From Elsinoe ampelina (Eukaryota), in NCBI GenBank assembly GCA_010093995.1, contig ML992503.1, forward strand, positions 180,984-244,983: DNA of 64,000 nucleotides, written 5' to 3'. Position 1 is the stretch's first letter. Each line of letters starts with the position of its first letter. Positions 23,323 to 37,244 of this stretch are shown piece after piece. The notes under the pieces were generated by a model. The model was not told where the DNA came from. It worked only from the letters and a program-made list of their open reading frames with translations, and made no database searches. A program made the translations under genes and the position numbers.

Positions 23323-26300
23323 ATGGCCGCAAATGGTGGTGGAGGCGGTGGAGGAGGGGGCGGAGGCAACATCAAGGTCGTGGTGAGAGTGAGGCCTTTC
23401 AACAGTCGAGGTTGGTAATAGCAGGAGCTGGATGTACACCTGGCTGATGGCGTGCAGAACTGGACAGAAAGTCGAAATGTATCGTCGAGATGAAGGGTAA
23501 CCAGACGGTCCTCACTCCGACAGCACCAACAGATCCAAAGTCGAAGACCAATAAAGCTGTGCTTGAAGGGATCAAGACATTCGCTTTCGATAAGAGCTAC
23601 TGGTCCTTCAATCGCAGCGATCAACATTTCGCTGGTCAGGACGATGTATTTGCAGATCTCGGTCGACCTCTTCTCGACAATGCGTTCCAAGGTTACAACA
23701 ATTGTATCTTTGCATATGGACAGACAGGATCCGGAAAGTCATACTCGATGATGGGGTACGGCGCAGAAGAGGGAGTTATACCGAAGATTTGTCGAGATAT
23801 GTTCGAAAGGATTGGACAAATACAGCAGGATCCCAACTTGACATGCACCGTGGAAGTGTCATATCTGGAGATTTACAATGAGAGGGTGCGTGACTTGCTC
23901 AATCCTAGCACAAAGGGCAACCTCAAGGTCAGGGAGCACCCGTCCACCGGACCATACGTCGAAGATCTGGCAAAATTGGTGGTCAGGTCCTTTACGGAAA
24001 TCGAGAACCTCATGGACGAAGGCAACAAGGCTCGTACTGTTGCAGCAACGAACATGAATGAGACTTCTAGCCGATCACATGCAGTCTTCACCCTCACCCT
24101 GACCCAACGCCGACACGATGTCGAAACCAACATGGACAGCGAGAAGGTTGCCAAGATCAGCCTGGTAGATCTTGCTGGATCCGAGCGCGCGACATCGACT
24201 GGAGCGACAGGGGCACGACTGAAGGAAGGCGCTGAAATCAACAGATCACTTTCAACACTCGGTAGAGTAATAGCAGCACTGGCAGACTTGTCGACAGGCA
24301 AAAAAAAGGCTGGATCGATGGTACCTTACCGAGACTCGGTCTTGACATGGCTGCTCAAGGACTCGCTGGGAGGTAACAGCTTGACTGCCATGATTGCTGC
24401 TATATCTCCTGCAGATATAAACTTCGAAGAGACTCTCTCGACCTTGCGGTACGCAGATTCTGCCAAACGCATAAAGAATCATGCTGTGGTCAACGAAGAC
24501 CCAAATGCAAGGATGATTCGAGAGCTCAAGGAAGAATTGGCACAGCTCCGTTCCAAGCTAGGAGGTGGAGGTGGCGGCGAGGGCGGTATTGCTCAAGAGC
24601 AGTACCCAGCCGGTACTCCACTCGATCAGCAATTCGTTTCCATCACTCAAGCAGATGGGTCGATCAAGAAGGTCTCCAAAGCAGACATTGCGGAACAACT
24701 CAGTCAATCAGAAAAGCTGTATCAAGATCTCAATCAGACATGGGAGCAGAAACTGCAGAAGACTGAGCAAGTCCACAAGGAGCGAGAAGCTGCTCTGGAA
24801 GAGCTTGGTATCAGTATCGAGAAGGGCTTTGTCGGTCTATCGACACCAAAGCGAATGCCTCATCTGGTGAATCTGAGCGATGATCCACTCCTTGCAGAAT
24901 GCTTGGTATACAACCTCAAGCCTGGAGCAACCACAGTCGGCAATGTCGATACTGCACAGTCCGCGGACATTCGCTTGAATGGGTCCAAGATACTACACGA
25001 TCATTGCACATTCGAGAACGTGGACGGTGTGGTCACTGTTGTGCCAAAAGATAACGCTGCCGTCATGGTCAATGGTATTAGAATCGAACAGCCGAAGCGA
25101 CTGCGGAGTGGCTACCGAGTCATTCTGGGCGACTTTCACATCTTTCGTTTCAATCATCCTCAGGAAGCTCGAGCCGAAAGAGCCGAGGAAGGCAGCCGAT
25201 TGAAACACTCATTCGCAGCGGATGATGTAGACTCGCCCTCGGCACGACCGGGCCACGATCGCACTTTAAGCAGCATTAGTAGAGCAGACTCCGAGATCGA
25301 GAGAGATCGCTCGTCGAATGTGTCACCCATACCGTTCCGGGGCAATTCGCGGGAATCCGATTGGAGCTTCGCCAGGAAAGAGGCTATCTCCGCGGTATTG
25401 GGGTCTGATCACAAGATGTCCACACTGACTGACGATGAACTGGACGCTTTATTCGAGGACTTGCAGCGAGTACGAGCCGTACGACGAGGTAGACCCGAGG
25501 GTCGCCTTTTCGAAGGTGTCGCAGACGATGAGACCGACTCCGTGAACTCTTACCCTACCCGTGACAAGTACCTGTCGAGTGGGACAGACAATTTCTCGAT
25601 GGACACAGCACTCACAATGCCCTCAACTCCACGGCAGATCGAAGACGATGACAAGCTCCAATCAGTTCGAGAGGAGCTGCAAGACCACCTGGAATTCCAG
25701 AAGGACCTTTCCAAGACAGATTCGAAGCAGACCAACGAGCCGAACGTCGAGCTCGAGCAAGTCAGAGCTGAGAAGCTGCAGATGGAGGAAAGCTTGAAGG
25801 CGATGAGAGAAGAGATGGAGAAGCAGCTTCAAGCACAAAAAGAGGAGCATCAGAAGCAGATCGCCAAATACACACAAGAAGTGTCTGCAAGGTCGAATCG
25901 CCCTTTGGGTCTCAGCGAAGAACAGCTTCTGGTCATCAAGGAGCTTTGTCAAAGATGGCGGCATCGACGCTACGTGGCGATGGCTGCTGCTGTTCTACAA
26001 AACGCTGTCGAGCTCAAAGAAGCACAGATCATGAGCCATAAGATGGATAAGAATGTGGTCTTCCAGTTTGCGGTCGCTGACTCTGGTCATTCATTCGGAT
26101 CAACCTACGATCTTGTGCTGAATGATGTTTCATCAGATGACGACCTTCACCTGTCCAATTCTCTGAAGCCAGCCGCAGTAGTCAGAGTGATTGATTTTCG
26201 ACACACCATCGCTCATCTCTGGTCTTTGGAGAAGCTGCATGCCAGAGTCAAGTCGATGCGGCAGATGTATCAATACTTGGACAAGCCCGAATATTTGCAG

Positions 26301-28292
26301 CATTTCAAGCTCGACAACCCCTTCTCGGAGCCCTGTCTTCCCGAGTACACTCGCATTGGAGATGCCGATATACCTCTCGCCGCAGTCTTTGAGTGCAAGG
26401 TCCAGGATTTCACCCTGGATGTCTACTCGCCATTCACTTTCACCGTCATTGGCATCATCAGGTTGTCCTTGGAACCGTCATCTGCCGAAGCGCCATCGTC
26501 GACCCTCAAGTTCAACGTCGTCATGCACGATTTCGTGGGGTTCCCCGAGCGCGAGGGCACAAATGTCCATGCGCAACTCTTCTTCCCTGGGATCTCGTCG
26601 GAGGAGGAGGGAGCTACAACAACACAAATGGTAGCTGGATTTGACGAAGGAGCTGTCAGATTTGAGAGTGTGCATAGCATGAGCATCTCAACGGACAGCT
26701 CTCCAGAGTCCACTCTGCGCATATCACTCTTCGCAAAAGTCACGACTATGCATCTTGACAAGCTGCTCAGCTGGGATGACATGCGTGATGCTGGTCAGAC
26801 ACCAGTACGGAAAAGGAAGAAGGCCAGGCTCGGCGAACACGAGTTTCACAACGAGGAGTGTCACGATATGTTTGCTCGAGTCCTGATCCAAGAGATCGGT
26901 GAGGACGGCAACTACCAGCCGGTAGATGTGGTACAGAACAACCCCCTTGATCCTGGTGCTTACCAGCTTCATCAAGGACTGCAACGCCGGATTGTCATCG
27001 AAATGACCAGTACAGCCGGAGCGACAGTCCCGTGGACGGACGTGGTGGGTGCCAGAGTAGGAAAGCTCCAGCTTGCAGATGCTGGTGGGAAGGTGACCGA
27101 CATGAATGACAAGCAAGCAACTGTAACTCTCACTTTCGTGGAGCCGCCCGTCGTTCGCACACATAGAAACTATGCGACGACCATGAAGCTGGTTGCACAG
27201 TGGGACTCTGGTGCTCACGCTTCGCTCCTACTCAATCGACCCACGGCTGAAGGGTTGAGGGTGAAGATGACGTTGACTTGGGAGATGCAGTCGGTCAAGC
27301 TAGAGAAGTCTCTCCCGCTCTCGATGGAGCTTTCAGTGCAGATGCGATCTCGATCGTATATACGCCAGCAGTCAATGCTGTCATCCCTCTGGTCATCAGA
27401 AAGGGTTGTCCGCTCGACTACTGGTGTGTACGCCCTTTCGGTGAAGCCAGCTGCTTCACGAAAAGCTGAGGATCTCTGGCGACTAAGCACACAGGATACG
27501 TACGTCAAGGGGGAAGAAGCGCTGGAGTCATGGGCGCCTCGAGGTGTTTCGCTGATCCGAGACTACCTCGACATGCACAAGAGGCGAGAGCGTGCTGCAG
27601 CAGTCGACCCATACCGCCGAGTCCACGAACGAGAAGCCTTCTTCGACGACGGACCTTCTAGTCGTGTGACGAACGGAGACAACAGTGGCTACACAGAAGA
27701 GCAGCAATCCCTGCTCAACCGGACTTTGACCCTTTGGCGCTCGTACCCCGATCCAACCCTCCGCATGCTCTCCAGCGCCAACACCGAATCACCCAGCACC
27801 AACGCACCACCCAAACGCGCCCAACCCGACGGCACCTACACACCGCCCCAGCACCTCCTCGCCACCGCCCGCCAAATTCCCAAAAACCCCACCCTCCTCA
27901 AAGCGGGCCACCTCCTGATCCCATCCGCGGACTCTTCGCGTTGGGAGCGACGCTTCGTCGAACTCCGCGTCCCCTACCTGCACGTCTTCTCCACAGCAAC
28001 CATGGACCAAATCTCCGCCATCAACCTGACCAACAGCCGCGTCGACGCCGACCCGACGGTGGCGCGCATGCTGAGCGAGGGAAGTCGGACGGCGGTGTTC
28101 GCGGTGTATGGCCGGACTAAGAGCTGGTTATTCGGTGCGCGGGATGCGAGGGAGAGGAGTGATTGGATTTGGGCGGTGGATAGGTGTTATTTTGAGGAGA
28201 GGGGAGGGGAAGGGGAAAGTGCGAGGGGGAGCGCGAGGGGGAGTGGGTATACGACGGAGGAGGAGAGTGAGGGAGAGTATTATGGGAGGTGA
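23323..28292 (+). CDS. uncA: Kinesin-3 (Unc104/KIF1A; UncA) with motor, FHA, stalk and C-terminal PH domains; intron 23411-23457
   Basis: NIKVVVRVRPFNSRE, GQTGSGKS, NETSSRSHA, LVDLAGSER, PHLVNLSDDPLLAECLVY plus FHA, and PH-type WERRFVELRVPYLHV. Confidence 0.96.
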
Positions 28293-28572
28293 GATGGGAT
28301 GAGCAAAGGCAAGGTGAGAGAATGAGGGGAAAAGAGCGTGGATGTTGCATGCGCTGTGTATGTGTTTTGAGATACCCATTTGCGTGTAGATTGATGTATT
28401 GGATTGGTTGTATGCATGTCATACCTCGTCGTTCTATAGTTCGTCTTATGTATAGATGTGTTTGATCATGCGTGCATACTGGTGATCCCCATCACCGAAA
28501 AATGGGCTGCGATCGGCGGTGAGGTCGGCACGAGGTTTAGTAAGCCTCGGCAGTCATGTGAACGAGAGGGGA

Positions 28573-28831
28573 TGTTGACTTGTGTAGGGGAGGAAAAAGG
28601 ATTAATTACTGCCTAAACCACCAAAATGAGGTAGATTGTAACTATATAAATACTTAACCTAGTGTACTAAAAGATAGCTAAATTAAAAGAACTTCTTAAT
28701 AGTAGTAGATTAAGACAATAATTATCTAATTTAATTATAGATTAGTAAAATAGTAAGATAGTATTTAGTTTAACCTTAGGATGTACTAACTTAGGGTCTT
28801 CTTAGCGCTCTAGCTTATACCTTAGTTAATA
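28573..28831 (-). repeat. 3' LTR of copia A (~259 bp)
   Basis: Ends TGTTGACT...AGTTAATA (RIPed AGTCAACA), followed by TACCCCTTT (polypurine tract on the minus strand). The partner LTR is not in the window. Confidence 0.7.
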
Positions 28832-30985
28832 TACCCCTTTACTAAATAGCTATAACTCTATAATAGCTAGTTAGTAGACTACTAACTCGAGGGATAGCTA
28901 TTATAAGAAGGCCTTATACCTCCTAGGTAGCAATAATTTAGTAAATCTATTAGCTAGTATATCTACTAATAGTATCTATATAACTAAGATAGAACTAGAT
29001 AGATCTCTAGCTTAATTAATCTCTTGTTTTAGCTAATAATAATAAATATTAATATAGTAAAGATATATATTTAGCTTCTTAATTAGAGTAGTAATAAGAC
29101 TAATAGTTTACTAATTGTTACACTAAATACTAACATATTTAAGAGGATAAATAGAGGCTATTAGCCTCCTCTACTACATAGCTTACTTAGTAGTCTTTAT
29201 AAGAGTAAGTAGCTTAGCCTCTATAGTTAATATTATAACTATTAGTTACTTTATAGCCTTCTAGTTAATTAATCCTTAAAACATCTTAAAGAGATAGTCT
29301 TAAAAGCTCTTCCTTATTAGGTAGCTACTAAAGCTAGTATCTAATAAAGCTTAAAAGATTAGTAGTAGCATTAAGCTATTAAAGGTAAGAGCTAAATTCT
29401 TAGTTTTATAGAGATATTAAATTACTCTATTTACTATCCTCTAGTAAGTTAGTAATAGATTTATTAGATGCTCTAACAATCTAGAAGTAGCAAAGGCTAT
29501 ATTAGGCCTTATAATAACTACTATAAAGTTAATAGATTCAACCTTTTACTAATATAGGTAGATCTCTTATAGTAATACTTAGCCTTTATAAGGTTAAAGT
29601 ATCTTAATTAGTAGTAGTATTAACACTAGCCTTGTTAGTTCTATAATAAACTTGCTATATATCTATTATATATACTAGGCTTAGCTAAGCTAGAGTCTCT
29701 TTATTAGTCTATCTCTTATAACTTAGATAGCTAGAAACTAGCTTAGATCTCTAAGCACCTTTATCTTATATTTAGTATAGAGAGCTATAATAATAGTATT
29801 AGCTTTCTCTTTATGCTTCTTAAGGTATATAATAGTAATATTATTTACAAAGAAGAAGATTATTATATTAGAGATTAGCTAGAGGTAAGAAGCCTTAGGG
29901 GCCTAAGTAAAACTAATACTCTTTAGAGTAGTAGTAAATTTAGCATACTAGAGAGCTAGAGCTTATTTAAGACTATATAAGGCCTTATTAAGTAAGAGAA
30001 TTATATCTAATAGAGTAATACTAGAATAGTCCTTTATAAGATCCTCTATAACTAGCTTAAATCTAGTAGGGATAGTATAGTAAGTAGTCTTATTAATAGG
30101 ACTATTAATATAAGTATTAATAATATCTATCTAGATAGCCTCTATATCTTTATAAGTAAGTAATACTATAAGCATTCTAAAGATCTTAGCTGCTAGAGTT
30201 GCTATATAAGTCTTAGATTCTAGTAATTAGAAATTATCTCTTATATAGACTTTTACTTTATACTTTATAACCTCTTCTTTATTATTAACTTTATAGGTAA
30301 ATATCTATATTAAAGAGATAGGCTTACTAGTAGCTTAAGCTACTAGTATAATAGTCTATATATGTTTTAAGTATAAAGTAAGTAATTTAACCTTTATAGC
30401 CTCTTAAAATTGCTTCTTATAAGAATAAGCCTTAAGTTCTCTAATATTAGCTAGTAGTAGTAGAAGATTGTCTCTTAATTCTAGCTTAGGCTAAGTTAGT
30501 GTTATTAATAGATAAGTATTAAAGGCTTAGTAATATCTAGGAGCTTTATTAGTTTATATAAGAGTAGTAATATATACTTACCTTCTTAGTTTTCTTATTC
30601 TTCTTATTATAAGAATATATTTAGAAAGAAAATTAGCTAACCTTATAGTAATTCTTTAAGGGGGTTACTTAGGCTAAGCTTTAACTACCTCTTTAGTCTA
30701 AACTTCTATCTTATCTCCTTTAGCTTTATCTCCTCCTAGTAGTAGAGGAGATAGCTATACTACTATAGATAGTAGTAAGGCTAGAGCATTAAAGAACTAT
30801 TTATTTAGTAAAGATTCCTAGATCTAAGCTAAGTTTAGATCTAGAATAGCCTTATCTAATTAGTCTAATAGAGGTAGTAACTAATCTAGTATAATAGGGT
30901 AACTCTTATCTAGCTACTAAGATAGGCTTAGCCCTTAATCTAGATTACTCTAACTTAGAGTCTAAGATAGTATCTAGTTCGGCTA

Positions 30986-31046
30986 CTAAACTAGATTCTA
31001 AACTAGATTCTAAACTAGATTCTAAACTAGATTTTAAACTAGATTT
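30986..31046. repeat. 12-bp tandem repeat (CTAAACTAGATT) x5 in the copia A IN-RT linker
   Basis: CTAGATT recurs at 30991, 31003, 31015, 31027 and 31039. Confidence 0.9.
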
Positions 31047-34000
31047 AGTTTAGTTATTCCCTCTGCTTTATATATCTCTTTAGATTTATTAATCTTCTAT
31101 AGGAGCCTTAGTAGATTAAGTAATCTAATTAGTTTTAGCTAAGGTTATTTCTCTAGCTTATAGAACTAAGTTTTATTAAATCTAATATCTCTTATTCTAA
31201 TAACCTTCTTAGAAAATAATATAAAAATCCTAAAGATGTTAGTTAAGTTATAGCTAACTAGATAGCTAATATAAGCTCTTAGTATAAGCTTATTACTACT
31301 TATAATAAGCTTATCTAAAGTATAAGCTTTATATCTAAGTAGCCTAAGATAAGTAACTAATAGAGAGTATCTATAAACTAGCTTAAAAGAAGTCTTCTAG
31401 TCTAGCTTCTTAAGAGGTCTTCTATTAATTAGATAGGCTACTAATCTATATAGTTTAGAGTGTAATTCCCTTAGTAAATTAGTAAAGATAGTAATTGCCC
31501 TTACTCTCCTTAATAGTATAGCTCCTATCCTTTTATTATAACTATTCTAAGCTTAAGTATAGGGAGTAGATAGCTTATAATAGATTTCTTTACTATCTAG
31601 AAAGATAGTAAATTTAAGGCTAAAGGCTCTCTTATTATTACTCCTAAGGAATCTAATTTTAAAGCTAAGATTGCTTTTAATATAAGTAATTATCTTAATA
31701 TAGATTTTATTAATCTTATATCTATAAGCATAGGTAGTAACTAGTTAATAGTTAGTAGTTCTATAAGTAAAGTAGCTTATATATCTTGCCTTATTATAGC
31801 TAGTAAATCTATTAATAATAATATTAAAGGTAGTTCTCTTAAATAGCTTTAATATAGCAAGTTTAGTATTAAGGCTCCTTAATATAATCTACTAAGTATT
31901 TAATAGCTTACAAGTCTAATATAGAGACCTAAGATGAATTAGTTAAGCTAAACTAGGCTTAGTTAGAGTTAGTTTACTACTAACTATAGTAGTTAAAAGG
32001 TAATTAACAGACTCTAAGCTTAGATAGCCTATAACTTTATACTAAGATTAATTAGTCCTTATAGTAACTATAGTAAATGCTAATAGTAGACAATTATTAT
32101 TATTCCTTAATACTATAGTAGTAATATTAGAAACTTTAGAGTTATTCTTAAGAATATATTAGTTATGCTTTAGTATAACTAAGAAGAGCACTTTTCCTTT
32201 ATAGCTAATCTCTATAGTTTAAGTGTTCTAGTAGACTCTACTATTAATAAACCTTCTAAGGCTAACTAGATTAGTTATAATTAATAGTATATAGGCTACC
32301 TTTATAAGATAGATAGTTATAGGCTTTCCTTTATAAAGAGCTATAATATTAATAGTTCTTTAACTCTTAATACTAAGTAAGGTATTACTATAGAATAGCT
32401 TCTTATAAGGTTCTATAATTCTAGTAACCTTATATCTATCCTTTATAGTGTAATTATAGATAGAGTAGTTATAGAGTTAGAAATAACTTACCTAGAGTAG
32501 AGTTAGGTAGACTCTACTTAGTACGCTAGGTAGAGTAGAGTTAGAGTATATTAGGGTAGAGTAGAGTTAGGGGTAGATAGTAGATTATTAGGAAGCCTCT
32601 TAACTCTATCTACTACTAACTTACCTCTATAATCGTTAGGTCTTATATAAGTAGCTATTACTTAGCCTAAATTTTGCTATTATATATATAATTTGTAATC
32701 TATTTAGAATAGAAATAGTACTAATTATAGTCTCTAATTATAGTATTTTATACGTTTAATTGTTGTATTTTAATATTATTCTATATCCTTCTAGATAATC
32801 TTATACGCTTTACTAGAGGCTTATAGTTATTATTATTACTATCTTTCTCGTAGTTACTTATATTAAATATACTCTCTTAAGTAGGTAGGTTAAACAAGTT
32901 ATTTACCTTATCTAGTGCCTTATCTATATAGCTACTATCGATAGGATTACTACTTAACAGAGATAGTCTAGTTATAAGCTTTATAATTATAAGCTACTAG
33001 ATTGTTTATATAGAGAGTTAGTATCTTTAATTACTAATAATATTCTTTACTATATTAAACACGCGTTTAATACTAACGCTAGTAATGTAAGATAGATACG
33101 AACTAGATTTAGTTAGGATATAGTTTAGATTAGTTATATAATCTTAGCATTATAGCCCGGGCTTCTAGCTACTTCGCTCTCGATATTACGCGTGCTTTAT
33201 ATACTAGCTTTTCTTCTTCTTCTTCTAAGTCTTAATATTTTAATAAATAGACGTAATTAACCCCCTTATCTTACTAGTTGTAATTACTATATCGAGACTT
33301 CTAACGACCGTAACTAAGCGATAGAGTTATTAAATTATCTAGTTATTCTACTACTTATACAACTACTAACTATTACTTATAAAGAATTAAAGAATTAAAG
33401 AAGAAGCTATTATAACTATAGTTCCTACGTACACTATAATAGATCCTCGCTGCTACTATATAGGTTAATACTATAAACCTTAAAGATATAAGAAGAAGGT
33501 AATAAGTCGAGTTATAGACAACTCTTAAAGGAAGTAGGCTACTAGCTAAAAATTTTTAATATTCTCTTTATCACGCGTTAACTTTTTATACTATTTTATT
33601 TATAACTAACTATACTAAGTATAGCTTACTTTAACTACGGCGAAGATAATTGCTATATAAGCAAGATTCCTCTACCCTCTACTAATAACAACAACGAACT
33701 AGTCTAGTCGGCCTATTATAACCTTATTCGCCTTAGCGACACTAACCTTAAGAAGAGGCTATAAGAGACGGACGGGATAACTACTCTACGTAAGGCCTTT
33801 ACCTTTATTAAGTCTACCTATAACAAATAAGTTACTATACGTAACTTAGTATATACCGACACTTTTAACCTACGTAACTAGTTAGATAACGCTCTAATAG
33901 AACTAGATACTACTAATAGTACTACCGACAATCTTACTATCTAAACTATATACTACCTTATAGACATTAGCAAACTTAAGGCTAAACTAGCCTAGCTAAG

Positions 34001-37000
34001 AGCTAAGATAGGACGCGCTATACTAGCTCCCTTTGTATATAATACTACGTTGTCCGAAAAGATACTAGACTCCGCTATCTTCTCTAGTAGCACTCTAGAA
34101 CAGTTCGAGGTTTTTAAGCACTAGATAAAGAACAAGATATACGCTAATACTAACTATTTCTCTACCGAGGTAACCTAGTTTACTTATCTCTACTTACGCC
34201 TTTCTAGCGAAGTATATACTCTTATTATAGACTCCGCTAGTAATAATACTCTCGATGTTAAAGCTGCCCTTAGTATCTTAGCCTAGCGCTTTAAAGACTC
34301 TAACTATAAGGCTACTACGCGCACCTAGTTCGCTAGCCTCTTCTAGCGTAATGCCTCTTTTAACTCCTTTATTAGCGAATTTAATAAGTACGCCCTTCGC
34401 GCTAAGATCGCTAAGGATAAATAGCTCTACTAGTTACGTTAGAAGATATCTAATAAACTACGTATCGCTCTTATTAACTTTAACACTAATAACCTCTCTA
34501 CTTTTATCGTAAAGGCCTACGCTACTAACTATAATATCTAATAGAGTAACCTTATTACTAAGCGTACTTAGGCCTTACGCTCTAGCCTAGCTATAAGCTA
34601 CGCCGCTATAGTACTAATCTATGTGTCTTATTCTACTTCCGCGCCTACTGCCTTAGCTACCTTCTACTCTATTACTAGAGGAGCCCTATAGCTCTTCTAT
34701 CCGGCTTTAACACTTACCTATTACGTATGTAGTAAGCCTAGCTATATCTCTACTAAGTGTATAGCTAGCGCCTTAGAGAAGGCTACTTACGCTACTACAC
34801 GTCCTATACGTATTAGCGCCGTAGAAGAGATATAATAGCTCTAGAATTACTTAGCTAAATTAAGCAACTAAGTCGATACTAGTTTAGCTTACGAACTAGA
34901 TCTAGTTTAGTTTTAGTTCGACCCCGAAATGAATTACAAGTCTACCGACCTATCCGGCTAGAGAAACGAGTAGCTAGAGGACGAGTTCTATTCTCTAGTA
35001 GAACAAGAGTAATTCGAGATAGATCCGGAGGTATATAGTTATTAAATAGCGTTATTAGCTACTATATCCTCGCTATTATAACTCCTATTACTATTTATAA
35101 CCTCTATAACTGCTCTTACACTATTACACTTTAAGCCTTTATTAATACTAGCGCGCTTATCGGCGCTATAGTTAACTATAACGTTCTTAACAAGCTAAAG
35201 AGTTTTAGCTGTCTAGTGGCACTAGCTAGCTCTATTTAGCTTTAGGCTTATAACGGTGTTCCGATAGAATAAGTTACTTATAGCGTCCCTCTTACTACTA
35301 CTGTTTCTAGTAAGCTAAATAACCTTACTACCTTCTATATTATAGATATTAGCCGATTTAATATTATTCTTAGCCTCGGATAGCTTAAGGCTAATAGGGC
35401 TACTATCGACTATAAGCATAGCTAAGTTATATATAAAGAAGAGTTTTTACCGACAGTCGTTAAGTAGAAGCTACTATAGCTAATTAAAAGACTAGAATCT
35501 AGATCTAAGCTTGGCTTAGATCTAGGAATCTAGCTCGGTAAAGCCACTACTCTAGTTTAGAACTAGTTTAGTTCTAATCTAACTCGTAAACTAGGTTCTA
35601 GCTTAGCTACCGAGATAGAATAAACTAGACTATATCGACTACTAGCTCTTAGGTTAAACTTTAAGCTAAATTAGGGAGAGTTTAAGCTAATCTCTTATAG
35701 CACTTAGCTAATATATAAGTTCTTCTACGTACTTACCTACGTAAGTAACACTAAGTAAGAAGAGCTAACTATCGCTTTTATTAGCGCTACTATCTTTATA
35801 TTAGTAGCTAAATACTAAGAGAATAAGGTATTTATAATCTTAGTAAAGGATATTAAGGACTACTACTAGATAACTTCTAAGCTAGAACTAGACCCTATAG
35901 TAGTTCTCCTAGAAGAGCTATAGGAGTTTACTAATGTCTTCTCTAAAGAGTAATCTAACACGCTCCCTCTATATCGGCCGGATTTTAACAATCGGATTAT
36001 ACTTAAGAATAGAGCTAAACTACTACGTACTAAACCCCTTTACTGCCTATTACTAGAGAAGCTCGACATAGTAAAGCTATTTATCTATAAGCACCTTAAT
36101 AAAAGCTTTATTATACTAAGCTTAGCTAGCTATTCCTTGCCTATTCTTTTTGTTTATAAGCTTAGCGGCGGACTTCGCCTTTACGTCGATTACTATAGCC
36201 TTAATAAGGTAACTAAGTAAGATGTCTATCCTCTACCTCTTATTAAAGAAACACTTATACGCGTAAGTAAAGCTAAATAGTTTAGTAAGATTAACATTTA
36301 TTAAGCCTTTTACTACCTCTATAACTCTATCGATAGTAAAGACCTTACTATATTCTCTATACGCATAGGTAACTTTAAGTAGTTAGTAATGCTATTTAGC
36401 CTTACTAACGCTTCTATAGTATAGTAGAGGTTTATAAATTATAACTTTGTCGATATGCTCGAGCACTTCGTATTAATCTATCTTAATAATATTCTTATCT
36501 ATACCGACGGCACTTGCTAAGAGCACACTAAGTATATTAAGCTAGTGCTCTAACGTCTCTATAATTTAGGCCTAAACACTAACATTAAGAAGAGTAAGTT
36601 CTACCTAACAGAAGTAAAGTATCTTAGTATTATTATTAGTCGAGATAGAGTTAAGATAGATCTAAAGAAGGTCGAAGCTATACAAGTCTAGAAATAACTA
36701 GCCTCTAGTAACACTACTTAGGTAAGAAGCTTTATTAGTTTCTATAGCTACTATCGCTACTTTATTAAGGGATTTAGTACTATCGCTAAGCTATTAAATA
36801 ACCTACTTAAGAAGGACGCTACGCCGTAGAATAATAAGTACACTACTACGTTTAACTATATAAAGTATACTATTATAAGTGTCTCTATCTTAGCGTACTT
36901 CGATTACTCGAAGTAAGTAGTTGTTAAGACTAACACCTCCGACACTACTACTGCTAGGATCCTATTATAATATAATAATTCTAACATTCTCTAGCCCGTT

Positions 37001-37244
37001 ACCTTCTTTAGTAAATCTATAAGCAAAGCCGAACGTAACTACGTAATCTATAACAAGGAGCTATTAGTAATCGTCTAAGCCTTTAAGGAATAGGCCTTTA
37101 AGCTTATAAGTACTTAATCCGATAAGGCTATTTACGTCCTTACTAACTACTAATCCTTAATACATTTTATAAAGACTTAGAAGCTATTACGCCGCTAAGC
37201 GCGCTAGGCTCTCTACCTTACGTAGTTTAACTTTAAAATTATAT

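Larger units (their letters stand above)
28573..32460 (-). mobile_element. Copia A (Ty1/copia LTR retrotransposon, RIPed), 3' portion; interrupted in the protease by hAT-1
   Basis: On the minus strand: RT LLLNKALY(G)LK(Q)A(P)AL(W)Y near 29,950-30,000, integrase KIRFLRS(D)N near 31,650, protease remnant (V)(C)N(H)T(M)KDRY at the 32,460 junction. Domain order is PR-IN-RT. Confidence 0.88.

Noticed and set aside
3..28292. Dynein intermediate chain and kinesin-3, plus several mitochondrial genes, as a functional cluster
   Set aside because: They are separated by unrelated housekeeping genes, with no evidence beyond chance.
32461..32580. TAGAGTAGAGTTAG arrays as telomeric or CRISPR-like repeats
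   Set aside because: They are irregular subterminal repeats next to hAT TIRs in a eukaryotic context.
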